64,000 bases of DNA from a virus. This document shows positions 50,590 to 61,021 of the stretch, piece after piece. The stretch spans positions 31,931 through 95,930 of the IMG/VR virus record IMGVR_UViG_3300027861_000016. One strand, 5' to 3'. A model generated the notes under the pieces. The model did not search any database. It saw only the letters and a program-made list of their open reading frames with translations, and had not been told where the DNA came from. Every line of letters starts with the position of its first letter. The stretch's first letter is position 1. The position numbers and the translations under genes were made by a program.

Positions 50590-51490
50590 AAAGAAGATTT
50601 TATTAATAGATGCCGACTATATAGCCTACAAACACAAAGCAGAAGATATTCTGGAAGAAGCTATAAAGAAAGTAGATGAACATATAGCTTGGATATTAGA
50701 GTTTAGTGATGCTGATGGATATGCTATGTTTATTAGTGAAGGTAAATATTTTAGGTTTGATCTAGCAACTAAGAAAGGAGACTTCCAAAGCTCATATAAA
50801 GCTAATAGAGGACCTTCAAAACAGCCTTGGATAAAAACTATTAAAGAGTATTTAAAGTCTAAATATAAGGCTAAAAACTGTTATGGTGCTGAAGCTGATG
50901 ATTTAGTTGTGTATTTCAAGAATCAAGATTTACGTTATTGTTATCACTCTAAAGAGCACATCTGTAATCTAGAAGAGTCTAAGCAGTATGACGGTATTAA
51001 AATAGAAGAAGTAGAAACTACAATTGTAGCCTGTGATAAAGATGTAATTGGAAATACTGTTGGTAAACATATCAACCCTAATAAAAAGAATGAAGCTGGT
51101 ATGTGGGAAACTGTTTGGATTGAGACTAATTTACGAGAGGCTAGAAATCATTTCTGGACCCAAATGATTATTGGTGATACAGTCGATGGTATTAAAGGTA
51201 TTGAAGGAAAAGGTAAAGTATTTGCTGCTAAACTATTCATGGAAGAATTAAGTGACATAGGCGAGAGAACTATAGAAGATGCTTATCGAACTGCTACATT
51301 AAATGCTTACATTGATAAATATGGAGAATCTAAAGGAATCTATGAATTTCAAAAGAATTATAGATTATTAAAGATGTTAGAAACTGATGAAGAGTGGCTT
51401 AGAGAAATTGGTTACATTCCTGTATTAGATAATGTAAACTTTATAGAAAAAGAAACCGTAAACGATGAACAATTAAAATTAGAATTTTAA
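50582..51490 (+). CDS. 5'-3' exonuclease / RNase H (T5/T7 gp6-like flap nuclease)
   Basis: IDAD, YKANR, EADD, DKD, GDTVDGIKGIEGKG. Confidence 0.85.
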   Translation: MCKKKILLIDADYIAYKHKAEDILEEAIKKVDEHIAWILEFSDADGYAMFISEGKYFRFDLATKKGDFQSSYKANRGPSKQPWIKTIKEYLKSKYKAKNCYGAEADDLVVYFKNQDLRYCYHSKEHICNLEESKQYDGIKIEEVETTIVACDKDVIGNTVGKHINPNKKNEAGMWETVWIETNLREARNHFWTQMIIGDTVDGIKGIEGKGKVFAAKLFMEELSDIGERTIEDAYRTATLNAYIDKYGESKGIYEFQKNYRLLKMLETDEEWLREIGYIPVLDNVNFIEKETVNDEQLKLEF

Positions 51491-51493
51491 AAT

Positions 51494-53353
51494 ATGGATA
51501 TAAATAATGAAATATTATCGGACGTAACAGTCCATATGAAATATGCTAAATATACTCCTTCTGAGGAAAGAAGAGAGACTTGGGGGGAATTAGTAGATAG
51601 GAATAAATATATGCATTTGAATAAGTTCCCAGAGCAAGTAGAAAGAATTAATTGGGCCTATCAGTTTGTATATGATAAGAAGGTTTTACCTTCAATGAGA
51701 AGTATGCAATTTGCAGGTTTAGCTTCAGAAATAAATCCAGCAAGACTATTTAATTGTAGTTTTATGGCTATGAATGACATTAAGGTCTTTCAAGAGTTAA
51801 TGTTCTTACTTTTGAGTGGATGTGGTGTTGGAATTTCGGTACAAAAACATCATGTAGAACAATTACCTGAGATACATAAACCAACAGGAGAAAGAAAGAG
51901 AAGATATGTTATCGGAGATTCTATTGTAGGATGGGCAGATGCTATTAAAGCATTAATGAAGTCTTACTTTGGAATTAAGAATATATCTTTAGAATTTGAT
52001 TATTCTGATATTAGACCTAAGGGTGCAATGCTTATTACTTCTGGGGGAAATGCACCTGGACCAGACCCATTAAGAAAATGCATTTCTAATATTAAATTGA
52101 TTTTAGATGCTAAACCTAATGGTACGAAACTATCTACTACTGAAGTATTCGATGTTGCGTGCCACGTGGCTGACGCAGTATTATCAGGAGGCATAAGACG
52201 AGCAGCATTGATTACTTTATTTACTGTCAATGATGAAAAGATGTTGAATAGTAAAGTGGGTAATTGGTGGGAACAAAATCCACAAAGAGGACGTTCTAAT
52301 AATTCTGCTGTACTTGTAAGATCTAGAATAACTGAAGATAAATTCTATGAAGTATGGGAAAGAGTAAAGAATAGTGGATCAGGAGAGCCTGGATTTTCTT
52401 TTACTAATAATCCTGAAATGGGATACAATCCGTGTCACGAAATAAGTTTACGAGACATGCAATTCTGTAATCTAACAGAAATAAATGTTTCAGATGTCGA
52501 TACACAAGAAGAATTTAATAATAGAGCTAAAGCAGCTACTATATTAGGTACTTTACAAGCAGCCTATACAAACTTTCATTATCTAAGAGACGATTGGAAG
52601 AGGAATACTGAGAAAGATGCTTTATTAGGTGTGAGTATGACAGGTGTAGCTTCTATGAATATTTTTAATTTAGATGTAAAAGAAGCAGCTTTAATCACGG
52701 TTAAAGAGAATGAAGTACTAGCAGACGAATTGGGAATTAACAGAGCTAAAAGGATTACTACCTTAAAACCAGCAGGTACAACCTCTTTAGTCTTTGGGAC
52801 TAGTTCGGGTGTACATGCTTGGCATGATGAGTATTATATTAGAAGAATCAGAGTTAATAAGGCCGAAGCAATTTATTCTTATTTAGCTATATATCATCCT
52901 GAGCTAATAGAGGACGATGTATCAGCTCCAGATACAACAGCAGTAATCCAAGTACCTCAAAAAGCACCGGAGAATGCTGTAACAAGAAAAGAAAGTGCTA
53001 TTGATTTATTAGAAAGAGTTAAAACTGTTACTACCGATTGGGTAAATGTTGGCTACAAAGATGGATATAATCAACATAACGTTTCTTGTACAGCCTCTAT
53101 AAAAAATGATGAGTGGGATGAAGTAGGTGAATGGATGTGGGAAAATAGAGAGGTTTATAGCGGAATATCTGTATTACCTTATTCAGACCATACTTACAAA
53201 CAGGCTCCTTTTGAATCTTGTACTAAAGAGGAGTATGAAGAATTATCTAAATCTCTAGTTAATATAGACTTAACTAAAGTGATAGAAACTTCTGACAATA
53301 CAAATCTTAATGAGCAAGCAGCTTGTAGTGGTGGAAAAGGTTGTGAAATATGA
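51494..53353 (+). CDS. nrdJ: Class II (adenosylcobalamin-dependent) ribonucleotide reductase
   Basis: RRETW, PSMR, FNC, GGIRRAA, NPCHEI, TLKPAGT and C-terminal CSGGKGCEI; no R2 gene nearby. Confidence 0.9.
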   Translation: MDINNEILSDVTVHMKYAKYTPSEERRETWGELVDRNKYMHLNKFPEQVERINWAYQFVYDKKVLPSMRSMQFAGLASEINPARLFNCSFMAMNDIKVFQELMFLLLSGCGVGISVQKHHVEQLPEIHKPTGERKRRYVIGDSIVGWADAIKALMKSYFGIKNISLEFDYSDIRPKGAMLITSGGNAPGPDPLRKCISNIKLILDAKPNGTKLSTTEVFDVACHVADAVLSGGIRRAALITLFTVNDEKMLNSKVGNWWEQNPQRGRSNNSAVLVRSRITEDKFYEVWERVKNSGSGEPGFSFTNNPEMGYNPCHEISLRDMQFCNLTEINVSDVDTQEEFNNRAKAATILGTLQAAYTNFHYLRDDWKRNTEKDALLGVSMTGVASMNIFNLDVKEAALITVKENEVLADELGINRAKRITTLKPAGTTSLVFGTSSGVHAWHDEYYIRRIRVNKAEAIYSYLAIYHPELIEDDVSAPDTTAVIQVPQKAPENAVTRKESAIDLLERVKTVTTDWVNVGYKDGYNQHNVSCTASIKNDEWDEVGEWMWENREVYSGISVLPYSDHTYKQAPFESCTKEEYEELSKSLVNIDLTKVIETSDNTNLNEQAACSGGKGCEI

Positions 53354-53489
53354 CAACACTAACATTATTACTAATAATATGTCTTATATTTGGGTTTATA
53401 GAATATATAAATCCAAATATAGACCCTACAAGAGAGGGAGTTTACTATTTATATTATACAATTAACAATAAAAGAAAAACAATTAGAAT

Positions 53490-54308
53490 ATGGAAAAAGA
53501 GAGTAAATTAGTTTTAAAAGAAACAGGAAAAGAAGTAAAATTAGGTAGTAAATTACATGTAAATGGAGTAAGAGTTAATTTAACTAAAACATTTGTAAAA
53601 GAGAATAGTAGTTTATTTGAAGAAGTAGATAGTAAACAAGAATTATTAGCAGAAGCTAAGAAGAAATTTCCTATTGGGACTATCTACTTATCCCCCTTAG
53701 GTAATTTTAAAAGAGTAGTTGTTGGTAATTCACATATAACATCTAATGGAGATGTAGCTGATGGAGGGTATATTATATATAATAAAGATAAGGATAAATG
53801 GGCAACACCTATATTACCCTTATTCAAATCTGTTGATGGAGTAGATGTGTATGAAGGGGATGAATATTGGTTTATTCAGACTAAAATATATATAGACCGT
53901 GAAAAAGGTATACACTCTTTAGAACCTTGGGAAATATTTCATTCTTCGAAAGGAGTATATACAGGGAACACAGATATCAAAAGATTTAGTGAAAGATCAG
54001 AAGCAGAAGCTTGGTTAGAAGATAATAAACCTGAAAAGACTTTAGCTGATTATGAATTACCTTTACTAACTCATACAACACCTTTATATGTTGAGATGAA
54101 AGTTAAAGAGCCTAAATTATATTGGTATAAAGTTATGTTACTAATACAAGAAGATTTAGGTAAGGGTGAATACTTTGTTTTAAAATGTCAAACTGTAGAA
54201 ATGTATGATGCTAAATTTTCAGGTATTACAGATATAGGATTCAAATCCAGTGAAATAGCTTGGAAAGTAATCGAATTAATGGGAGATAAATTAGAATTAT
54301 TCAAATAA
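53490..54308 (+). CDS. Modular hypothetical protein
   Basis: AKKKFPIG...KWA module shared with 29869-31050; LFKSVDGVDVYEGD module. Confidence 0.6.
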   Translation: MEKESKLVLKETGKEVKLGSKLHVNGVRVNLTKTFVKENSSLFEEVDSKQELLAEAKKKFPIGTIYLSPLGNFKRVVVGNSHITSNGDVADGGYIIYNKDKDKWATPILPLFKSVDGVDVYEGDEYWFIQTKIYIDREKGIHSLEPWEIFHSSKGVYTGNTDIKRFSERSEAEAWLEDNKPEKTLADYELPLLTHTTPLYVEMKVKEPKLYWYKVMLLIQEDLGKGEYFVLKCQTVEMYDAKFSGITDIGFKSSEIAWKVIELMGDKLELFK

Positions 54309-54361
54309 ACTAAATAGGGCTTCTTAATTGAAGTCCTATATTTAATTACTAAAAATAGAGT

Positions 54362-54979
54362 ATGAAGATAGAAGTAACACCCTTTTGTGATTTATCTGCA
54401 ATGTGGTCTAAAGTACTAAGAGACTCCAGAAGAACAGTAGGTAAAGATGATTTATTAAAAGAACCTAGTCAAAATTTTAAGAATTCTATTATGAGAAGTA
54501 GACATTCTCCTATTAGAAAACTAAAGTTTGAAATCTTTATAGAAGAAGTACCTGCATTTGTATCCCAACAGTTTAGTAGACATCATATAGCATTAGCTTC
54601 AGATCCTACATCTAGTTTTGCAGAACCCATACATCCTACAGATGTAGAGCATTTTGTTCAGACATCAAGAGCTGACAGGACAGGAATAAAAAGAAGTGAA
54701 AGAAAGCAAACGGATATGGTTTCCTATAACTTTGAGGCAAATGCTCAAGGATTGTTAGATGCTTCTAAAAAAAGATTATGTTTAGCGTCTGATCCACAGG
54801 CTGTAAAGTATTGGTCTGAAGTTAAAATACAATTAGCCAAAATATGTCCAGAAGTAGCTGTAAAAATGCAACCAGAATGTGTATGTGTTGGTTTTTGCCC
54901 AGAAGATCCCAATTTAGTGAAATGTAGATATACTAAAACTAAACAATATGAAAAATTAAGAGAGGAGTATATACGCTAA
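54362..54979 (+). CDS. thyX: Flavin-dependent thymidylate synthase ThyX-like
   Basis: HSPI, QFSRH...SR, KRLC, GFCPE; adjacent to dUTPase. Confidence 0.75.
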   Translation: MKIEVTPFCDLSAMWSKVLRDSRRTVGKDDLLKEPSQNFKNSIMRSRHSPIRKLKFEIFIEEVPAFVSQQFSRHHIALASDPTSSFAEPIHPTDVEHFVQTSRADRTGIKRSERKQTDMVSYNFEANAQGLLDASKKRLCLASDPQAVKYWSEVKIQLAKICPEVAVKMQPECVCVGFCPEDPNLVKCRYTKTKQYEKLREEYIR

Positions 54980-55488
54980 TGAAGAAAAAGATAAAGATTA
55001 AGAATGACAAATTACCTATAGAAACTCATGGTAATTGGTATGATCTAAAAGCTACTGAAACTACTATATTAAAAGCTCCTCATTTAGAGGAGAGTGGTAG
55101 GATAGTATTTAATAATGCTTTATTGAAATTGAATCTATCAATTGATTTACCTAAATGGTATGAGATACATATAGAACCAAGATCAAGTGCTTTTAAAGAG
55201 TTCGGGATTATGATGGTCAATTCAGGAAAAGGAGTAGTTGATGGTCCTGATAATGATACTAAAGGATATATAGGTGATGGAGATGTTGTAAGATTTCATG
55301 CATTACCTTTTAGGAATCTAACAGTTATTAGAGGTGATAGAATTGCACAGTTTAAAATAGTTTTAAATCAAAAAGCTCCTTGGTGGGTTAAAATGAGAGA
55401 TTTATTTTATTCTGGTTTTGAATTTGAAGTAGTAGATATACTACATAATAAAAATAGAGGAGGACACGGTACAAGTGGTAGAAATTGA
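54979..55488 (+). CDS. dut: Trimeric dUTPase
   Basis: YDL, PRSS, GVVD...Y.G, RIAQ, RGGHGTSG. Confidence 0.88.
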   Translation: MKKKIKIKNDKLPIETHGNWYDLKATETTILKAPHLEESGRIVFNNALLKLNLSIDLPKWYEIHIEPRSSAFKEFGIMMVNSGKGVVDGPDNDTKGYIGDGDVVRFHALPFRNLTVIRGDRIAQFKIVLNQKAPWWVKMRDLFYSGFEFEVVDILHNKNRGGHGTSGRN

Positions 55489-55684
55489 GATTAAAGGAGA
55501 ACTAAGAAACCCTGATGATATATTTGATAATTGTACAGACACTATAGAATGTATTAAAGTAGCTCAAAAGAATGCTATAGAAGTATTCTCAAAGAGTTTA
55601 CCTCATACTAAGTGGAATGACATTGATGCTAATAACAGGGAGAAACTACAGTTAAAAATGAATAAACTAATAGATGAATCATGA
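55475..55684 (+). CDS. Hypothetical protein
   Basis: Resembles part of 50019-50294 (I..AQK.A.E). Confidence 0.45.
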   Translation: MVEIEIKGELRNPDDIFDNCTDTIECIKVAQKNAIEVFSKSLPHTKWNDIDANNREKLQLKMNKLIDES

Positions 55685-55896
55685 GTGAAACATTAGATAA
55701 ACAGATAGGAGGAGACCATTATAAAAAGGGAGGAATACAACCTATAGAATATATTACTTCCAATGACTTAGGTTTTTGTGAAGGTAATGTGGTTAAATAT
55801 ATCAGTAGACATGAAAAGAAGAATGGCTTAGAAGATTTAGAAAAAGCCAAACATTACATTGAGTTATTAATAGATTTAAAATATAAAAACAAATAG
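55681..55896 (+). CDS. DUF3310 family protein
   Basis: GGDHY...IQPIEY...GNVVKYISR..KKNGLEDLEKAKHY. Confidence 0.85.
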   Translation: MSETLDKQIGGDHYKKGGIQPIEYITSNDLGFCEGNVVKYISRHEKKNGLEDLEKAKHYIELLIDLKYKNK

Positions 55897-55899
55897 AAT

Positions 55900-56274
55900 A
55901 TGTATTTCGATATTAAAATAAGACAAGTAGTAGATGATAAAGCTAAAGTAAATCCTTATATCATACAATGTGATATAATAGAAGAAGTATTTACTATATT
56001 AGCAGCCCATGAAGATTTTAAAGATATTGAGTATACAGTAGTACATCTGAGTGAGGCTAAGTATATTAGTGATTATGTTGCTGAAGAATGTGGCTATTAT
56101 TGGAAAGTAGAGCTAGTTTTTGAAACTATAGATGGAAAAGACAATAAAGAGCTTTATGTAGTTGAAGGTGAACATATGAATAAAGTCAGAGATAAATTAA
56201 TTGAATCTGTTGAAGGATGTAGTATCGAAAACTTTAAAAAACATGATGAGTTAAAAATACTTGAGATTATTTAA
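55900..56274 (+). CDS. DUF4494-like protein
   Basis: YFDIKI and YWKVEL.F...DGK..K..Y.V duplicated fold. Confidence 0.55.
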   Translation: MYFDIKIRQVVDDKAKVNPYIIQCDIIEEVFTILAAHEDFKDIEYTVVHLSEAKYISDYVAEECGYYWKVELVFETIDGKDNKELYVVEGEHMNKVRDKLIESVEGCSIENFKKHDELKILEII

Positions 56275-56278
56275 AAAC

Positions 56279-56306
56279 AAAGGGAGGGCTAACGCCTTCC
56301 CTTTTT
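56279..56306. terminator. Bidirectional terminator at convergent strand switch
   Basis: AAAGGGAGGGC-TAAC-GCCTTCCCTTTTT. Confidence 0.8.
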
Positions 56307-56317
56307 AATGTTCTCGA

Positions 56318-57637
56318 TTACTTTTTAACATTTAAACTATAAGGCTCGAAGTATAAAGTAGAGCCATCACTCATTTTAATCCAGTTTGTAATAGTAACTC
56401 TTTGGTGATCTTCTCCTGAGTCTTGCAAAGCATTTTCCATATCAAGATTAAATTGTGCTTGACTAATACTTCCCATCTCTCCATCACCTTTTAGATCGTA
56501 TTCTGTAGAACTCCAACCATAAGAAGTCAGATTATCATATCCTATAAATGGGTTAGCTGTATCCATGAAATCCATAGCATCTGAACCATATCCTGCAATA
56601 TCCTGCATAACAGTTAATCCTAGATTAGTAGCCCATGTACCATTTGTGATTGTCTTAGTAAGTAAAGAATGGAAGTTAGCATTGGATGTTTCTCCTCCAC
56701 TACCTTTAGCTGGATATACAATTGTTTTAAAGAAATCAAACTGAGAAGAAGATGCTATAAATGCTGCATAATCTGTTTGATATAAACTTGTAGGAGATTG
56801 ACTCAATACACTACTTCCTATATAGTAAATAGGATCAGCTTCATCTTCAAAGATTACAAACATACATTTCTTATTTGTAACAGTTCCTATCTCTACACTT
56901 GTTGTTACAACACCTTCATTACTAGTGATTCTATCTGCTGTTTTCCAATTACTTTCTATATATTCTTTAGGAAATAAAACAAATCTTTCTTGGATATTTT
57001 GAGATAGATATTCAGAAGCATCTCTTAGATTACTATTTACTACCCCTGTAGATATCTCTAACATTCTTCCTTGATAGTTAGGATTATCATTTCTATACGA
57101 TGCGAACCAAGAAGTAATTCTTTCTTTAGCACTTGTTAAAGATGGGCCTATAAAAGAAGTTGTATCATATACAACAACAACGTCTGTATCAATAGGTATA
57201 TCATAAGATAAATCTACACCTCCTTCAACAGGAATAACACTTGTAATATCTGCTGATATTTTATATTTATTTTTAGTTGTAACTGTTGGATCTATTTCAA
57301 CTATAATATCTCCTTCACCAACTACTTCTGGTAATTGAGAAGGTTGAACAACCCTGGCTATATTATCTGATTTAACAACTCCGACTTTAGCTTGTTCATC
57401 TGTAGCTAATACAACAAAACCTTGCTTCTCAGATAATGGTTTAGAAGGATCATCTTCATAAGCTTTATCTGTTACTTCCCCTTTAAATCCTATACCTTCA
57501 AATAGATTTCTAAAAGCTGTTTCATCTGGTCTATCATCTGTTAAAAATCTACTACCTCTCTTTAAAGGTGAAGATGTCTTTTGGAAATACCAATCCTTTG
57601 ACTTGATAGCTCCCTTTACTAATTTATTTCTACTCAT
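56318..57637 (-). CDS. Virion fibre-like protein with vWA-like domain
   Basis: F.TDDRPDETAF.NLF fibre-attachment-like N-terminus; VVVYDTTS and VIFEDE vWA-like motifs. Confidence 0.45.
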   Translation of the reverse strand: MSRNKLVKGAIKSKDWYFQKTSSPLKRGSRFLTDDRPDETAFRNLFEGIGFKGEVTDKAYEDDPSKPLSEKQGFVVLATDEQAKVGVVKSDNIARVVQPSQLPEVVGEGDIIVEIDPTVTTKNKYKISADITSVIPVEGGVDLSYDIPIDTDVVVVYDTTSFIGPSLTSAKERITSWFASYRNDNPNYQGRMLEISTGVVNSNLRDASEYLSQNIQERFVLFPKEYIESNWKTADRITSNEGVVTTSVEIGTVTNKKCMFVIFEDEADPIYYIGSSVLSQSPTSLYQTDYAAFIASSSQFDFFKTIVYPAKGSGGETSNANFHSLLTKTITNGTWATNLGLTVMQDIAGYGSDAMDFMDTANPFIGYDNLTSYGWSSTEYDLKGDGEMGSISQAQFNLDMENALQDSGEDHQRVTITNWIKMSDGSTLYFEPYSLNVKK

Positions 57638-58248
57638 CGTATTATGTATTTAACTTTGCGTTTTCTAATATTTGAAAAATCTTTCTTTTGATAACATACT
57701 GTATTATTCATCTTATAGCATTTACCTTTTGTTTGAAAAGTATCTATTGTAATATGATCTATAGGTCTATCCATCTTTTCAATCTCTTCTATATATTCAT
57801 CATAACAATTACTATTGATAGCGTACGCATGACAACAGAAACTATTGGTTAATTTGGACCATGAGTTATTATATTTCTTAACTCTTTCCTTATCTATAGT
57901 TCCAAAGTGTAACATATCCCATTCATCGCTTTTTAACCACTTCAACCTGTCCAACATTCTAGAAGCATTTACTGTAAACTCTATATCGTCTTCAAATATT
58001 AGAATACTTTTGTAATTATTCTTCTTAGCATCCTCTAATATCTTTAATGTAGTCAGAGCTAATGCAGCAGAATTCTTATTCCACATATCAGCTCTTTTTA
58101 CAAAGTCTATCTCTTCTACATCTCCATCTATAGCTTTTACAACTTCATAAGTAACACCTATAGATTGAAGCTGTTCAGCTACAGCTTCTAATCTATCAGG
58201 TCTCCTTTCTAGGTTTATGAGGTATATATGTTCAAATTGATTGCGCAT
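57634..58248 (-). CDS. Glycosyltransferase family 25
   Basis: YLINLERRPDR, AIDG, LIFEDD, HAYAI, PID. Confidence 0.85.
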   Translation of the reverse strand: MRNQFEHIYLINLERRPDRLEAVAEQLQSIGVTYEVVKAIDGDVEEIDFVKRADMWNKNSAALALTTLKILEDAKKNNYKSILIFEDDIEFTVNASRMLDRLKWLKSDEWDMLHFGTIDKERVKKYNNSWSKLTNSFCCHAYAINSNCYDEYIEEIEKMDRPIDHITIDTFQTKGKCYKMNNTVCYQKKDFSNIRKRKVKYIIR

Positions 58249-58249
58249 A

Positions 58250-60445
58250 TTAATCTATTTTTATAGAGCTTACTAATTTTAATTGTGATAATGCACCTAC
58301 TACTACTTTTTTTACATTTATTATATAAGTAGCAGCAACTTCTATACTTACAGTGTCAGCACCTATTATAACATCAATAGCAGAACTATCTGTGTTTTTA
58401 ACATAGAAGGATGTTTCTATGTTTGCAGGTAATAAAATAAAACCATATAAAGCTGATGCTCCTGCTTCTATATAAGGGATTGTATGTTTTAGATATAAAG
58501 AGTAATCTAATACTATTGCTCCTGCTGATGTTACTATAATATCTGTAAGAATATCACCAGCAATTAACGTAGTTCCATCATATATATTATTTGCAGTATA
58601 ATCTTCTATATATGCTTTATTTACTGCTAATGTCTCGAAAGCAAGTATATTACAGTTGTCACCCATACTCAACTCTGATATAGCAACATTACTTGTGATT
58701 GTTGTATTATTATTACCTATTTTACTATTGCTAATAAGGGAAGTGAAAGTAAAAGAACTATTACCTTGTCCTATGATTAAATCTGTTACATTTCCAGAAG
58801 TAGGTATAATTGATATATTATCATTATAGTTACCTAATTTTATGTTTGTAAAATCAGCATCCTGTAGAGTAATATAACTATTACCAACATTCATTTGCAT
58901 AGCTACTACATTAGCATTACTTATAGTGATATTAGTACAACCATTATCTATTAGCACATCATCTATTGTTGTAGTAGATATATCTTCACCTATCGTTATA
59001 AGATTACAGTTATTACCTATAGTTAATCCTTCACAATTTGCTTTTATTGTAATATTAGTATTACGATCACCAATAGTATTTCCAGTACTTTGTATAATTA
59101 CTAAGTCCAAGTTACTACAATTCTCACCAATAGTGGACTCTTGTAGACCTTCTATATTGGAAATACTTAACCTACTTCCTATGTTACATAAATCCACATT
59201 ATCTAGGTAAGAAGATCTACATCCATTTTCTAAAGTGGTATAGTCTATACTTGTTAAACTTAGTTCATATCCATTTTTAATAGTACTTGATGATACATTA
59301 CCAGCTAATGTATAATTGGAAGATATGTTTGAAGTATTTATTATTCTAAAATAACCACTACTATCTTTAATATTGGTGTTATTTACATCCATATAGATTC
59401 CTAAAATATCTTGGAAACTAGATTTATCAGAATCTAATATATAACTATTAGAGCAACCAGCACTAAAATTTAGGTTTGTACTATTATCCACATGTACACC
59501 TGAAAAAGCACCATCTTGAAATTCTATATTAAGACAGTTCGTAAATGTGATGTTTGGATATGTTAGTGTTGATTCTTGATAAACATTTTCCCTATTGTTT
59601 ATTATAATATCTTGACAAGTAGAATCAAAAGTAAGCCTATCTATAACTGTATTACTTCTAATAATATTACTATTAAGACCATTTACAGAGAATGTAGCTT
59701 TAGGGAGCCACTCATCTAATTCCTTATCATCAAATATTAGATAGTTTATATCTGCAAGAGATTCTATTCCTGTAACATCTTTTAATACTATATTTAGTAT
59801 AGTCCCGTTATTATAAGTAAAAGTATCTCCTTTTAATAAATTGATATTACCTGCTGTAAGATCTAAATCAGTTATATCTTTAGTTCTAGAAGCTGCTACA
59901 TCCATTAAACCTCTTCTATAATAAACTCCTCTAAAATCATAATAGGTCTCTAGATTGTTTTCATGATCTTTTCTATAAATTACTTCGCCTGTTCTTGCAA
60001 TTAATTGTGTATCTGTATCAACATAATTAGCAGTAAAATCAAATACGATCATATCATAAATATGGTTATATGATTTAACAACTGCATGTAATTCATGATC
60101 ACTTATAGCTATAGCTTCAAATTGTTCTATCTTCACTACATAATCATTAGAAGCAGTGTTTAAGATAGCTGGATCTGCTGTGGGTATGTAATGTTTACAT
60201 TGGTAATCAAATACATATTTTTGACCAATAACTAAACTATTAGTATCAGCTAAGTTTATTAAATCACCATAAACAATACTAATAGGAGCACTTCCACCTA
60301 ATTGAGGCCAAAGTGTTTCTATAATATCATTCATTGCTGTCTGTTCAGCATCAGCGGAAATCTCATTATTGGTGTTTGTATATACTAAAGCTTCTACAGC
60401 ATCTAGTAAGGCCGGTTTAGTTCCGTAATCAGTTCCTTGACTCAT
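58250..60445 (-). CDS. Tail spike/fibre with beta-helix
   Basis: Repeated IG.NC..I.I Asn/Ile/Ser ladders; crAss-type Y.DL..L...SL..GQKY domain. Confidence 0.7.
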   Translation of the reverse strand: MSQGTDYGTKPALLDAVEALVYTNTNNEISADAEQTAMNDIIETLWPQLGGSAPISIVYGDLINLADTNSLVIGQKYVFDYQCKHYIPTADPAILNTASNDYVVKIEQFEAIAISDHELHAVVKSYNHIYDMIVFDFTANYVDTDTQLIARTGEVIYRKDHENNLETYYDFRGVYYRRGLMDVAASRTKDITDLDLTAGNINLLKGDTFTYNNGTILNIVLKDVTGIESLADINYLIFDDKELDEWLPKATFSVNGLNSNIIRSNTVIDRLTFDSTCQDIIINNRENVYQESTLTYPNITFTNCLNIEFQDGAFSGVHVDNSTNLNFSAGCSNSYILDSDKSSFQDILGIYMDVNNTNIKDSSGYFRIINTSNISSNYTLAGNVSSSTIKNGYELSLTSIDYTTLENGCRSSYLDNVDLCNIGSRLSISNIEGLQESTIGENCSNLDLVIIQSTGNTIGDRNTNITIKANCEGLTIGNNCNLITIGEDISTTTIDDVLIDNGCTNITISNANVVAMQMNVGNSYITLQDADFTNIKLGNYNDNISIIPTSGNVTDLIIGQGNSSFTFTSLISNSKIGNNNTTITSNVAISELSMGDNCNILAFETLAVNKAYIEDYTANNIYDGTTLIAGDILTDIIVTSAGAIVLDYSLYLKHTIPYIEAGASALYGFILLPANIETSFYVKNTDSSAIDVIIGADTVSIEVAATYIINVKKVVVGALSQLKLVSSIKID

Positions 60446-60448
60446 TTC

Positions 60449-61021
60449 TTATACGTTAAAATTAGTTCTTTCTTCATTTATAAATTCATTTAAGGTAAAT
60501 TCTCCATAAGCTTCTGGTATAGTTGGTCCAGTATTACAGATAGTTCCTCCTACTAAAAAAGCAGTGCATTCATTTTCACCATCAGCTATCATAGTACCTA
60601 TACCACTACAACATTCCTCACATTCTGTAGTTTGGAAGTTAATACCAGCAATAGATAAAATATCATCAAAGTATTTTAAATAGTCCTGACCGTACTTTAT
60701 TCCTATACATGGAAGATTATCTTTTACACAGTCTATTTTAAAAGGTAAATTAGATACACAGTTAGATAGAGTACTTTCTCTTTGAATATATCTTCTTATA
60801 ATCTTTACATATTCTAATAAGAAATAGTACATATTTACAGCTTTGTAGTATTTCAAACTACATTCTGTATTACCTTTTAGATCTTCTTGATAGGCTTTAT
60901 GTAAGAGTAATTCAATATCTTTTTCAACTAAATCAAAAGCTAATCTATCAAGATCATCTTCTTCATTAGGTTCTACCTTATTTTTATAAGGATATTTTAA
61001 GTTGTTTATGAACATCCACAA
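60449..61021 (-). CDS. Tail hub-like Cys-rich structural protein
   Basis: CEECCSGIGTM.ADG motif; located with fibre genes. Confidence 0.45.
   Translation of the reverse strand: MWMFINNLKYPYKNKVEPNEEDDLDRLAFDLVEKDIELLLHKAYQEDLKGNTECSLKYYKAVNMYYFLLEYVKIIRRYIQRESTLSNCVSNLPFKIDCVKDNLPCIGIKYGQDYLKYFDDILSIAGINFQTTECEECCSGIGTMIADGENECTAFLVGGTICNTGPTIPEAYGEFTLNEFINEERTNFNV

Noticed and set aside
56318-60445. Diversity-generating retroelement or invertible tail-fibre cassette
   Set aside because: No reverse transcriptase, recombinase, or template/variable repeat pair was seen in the window.
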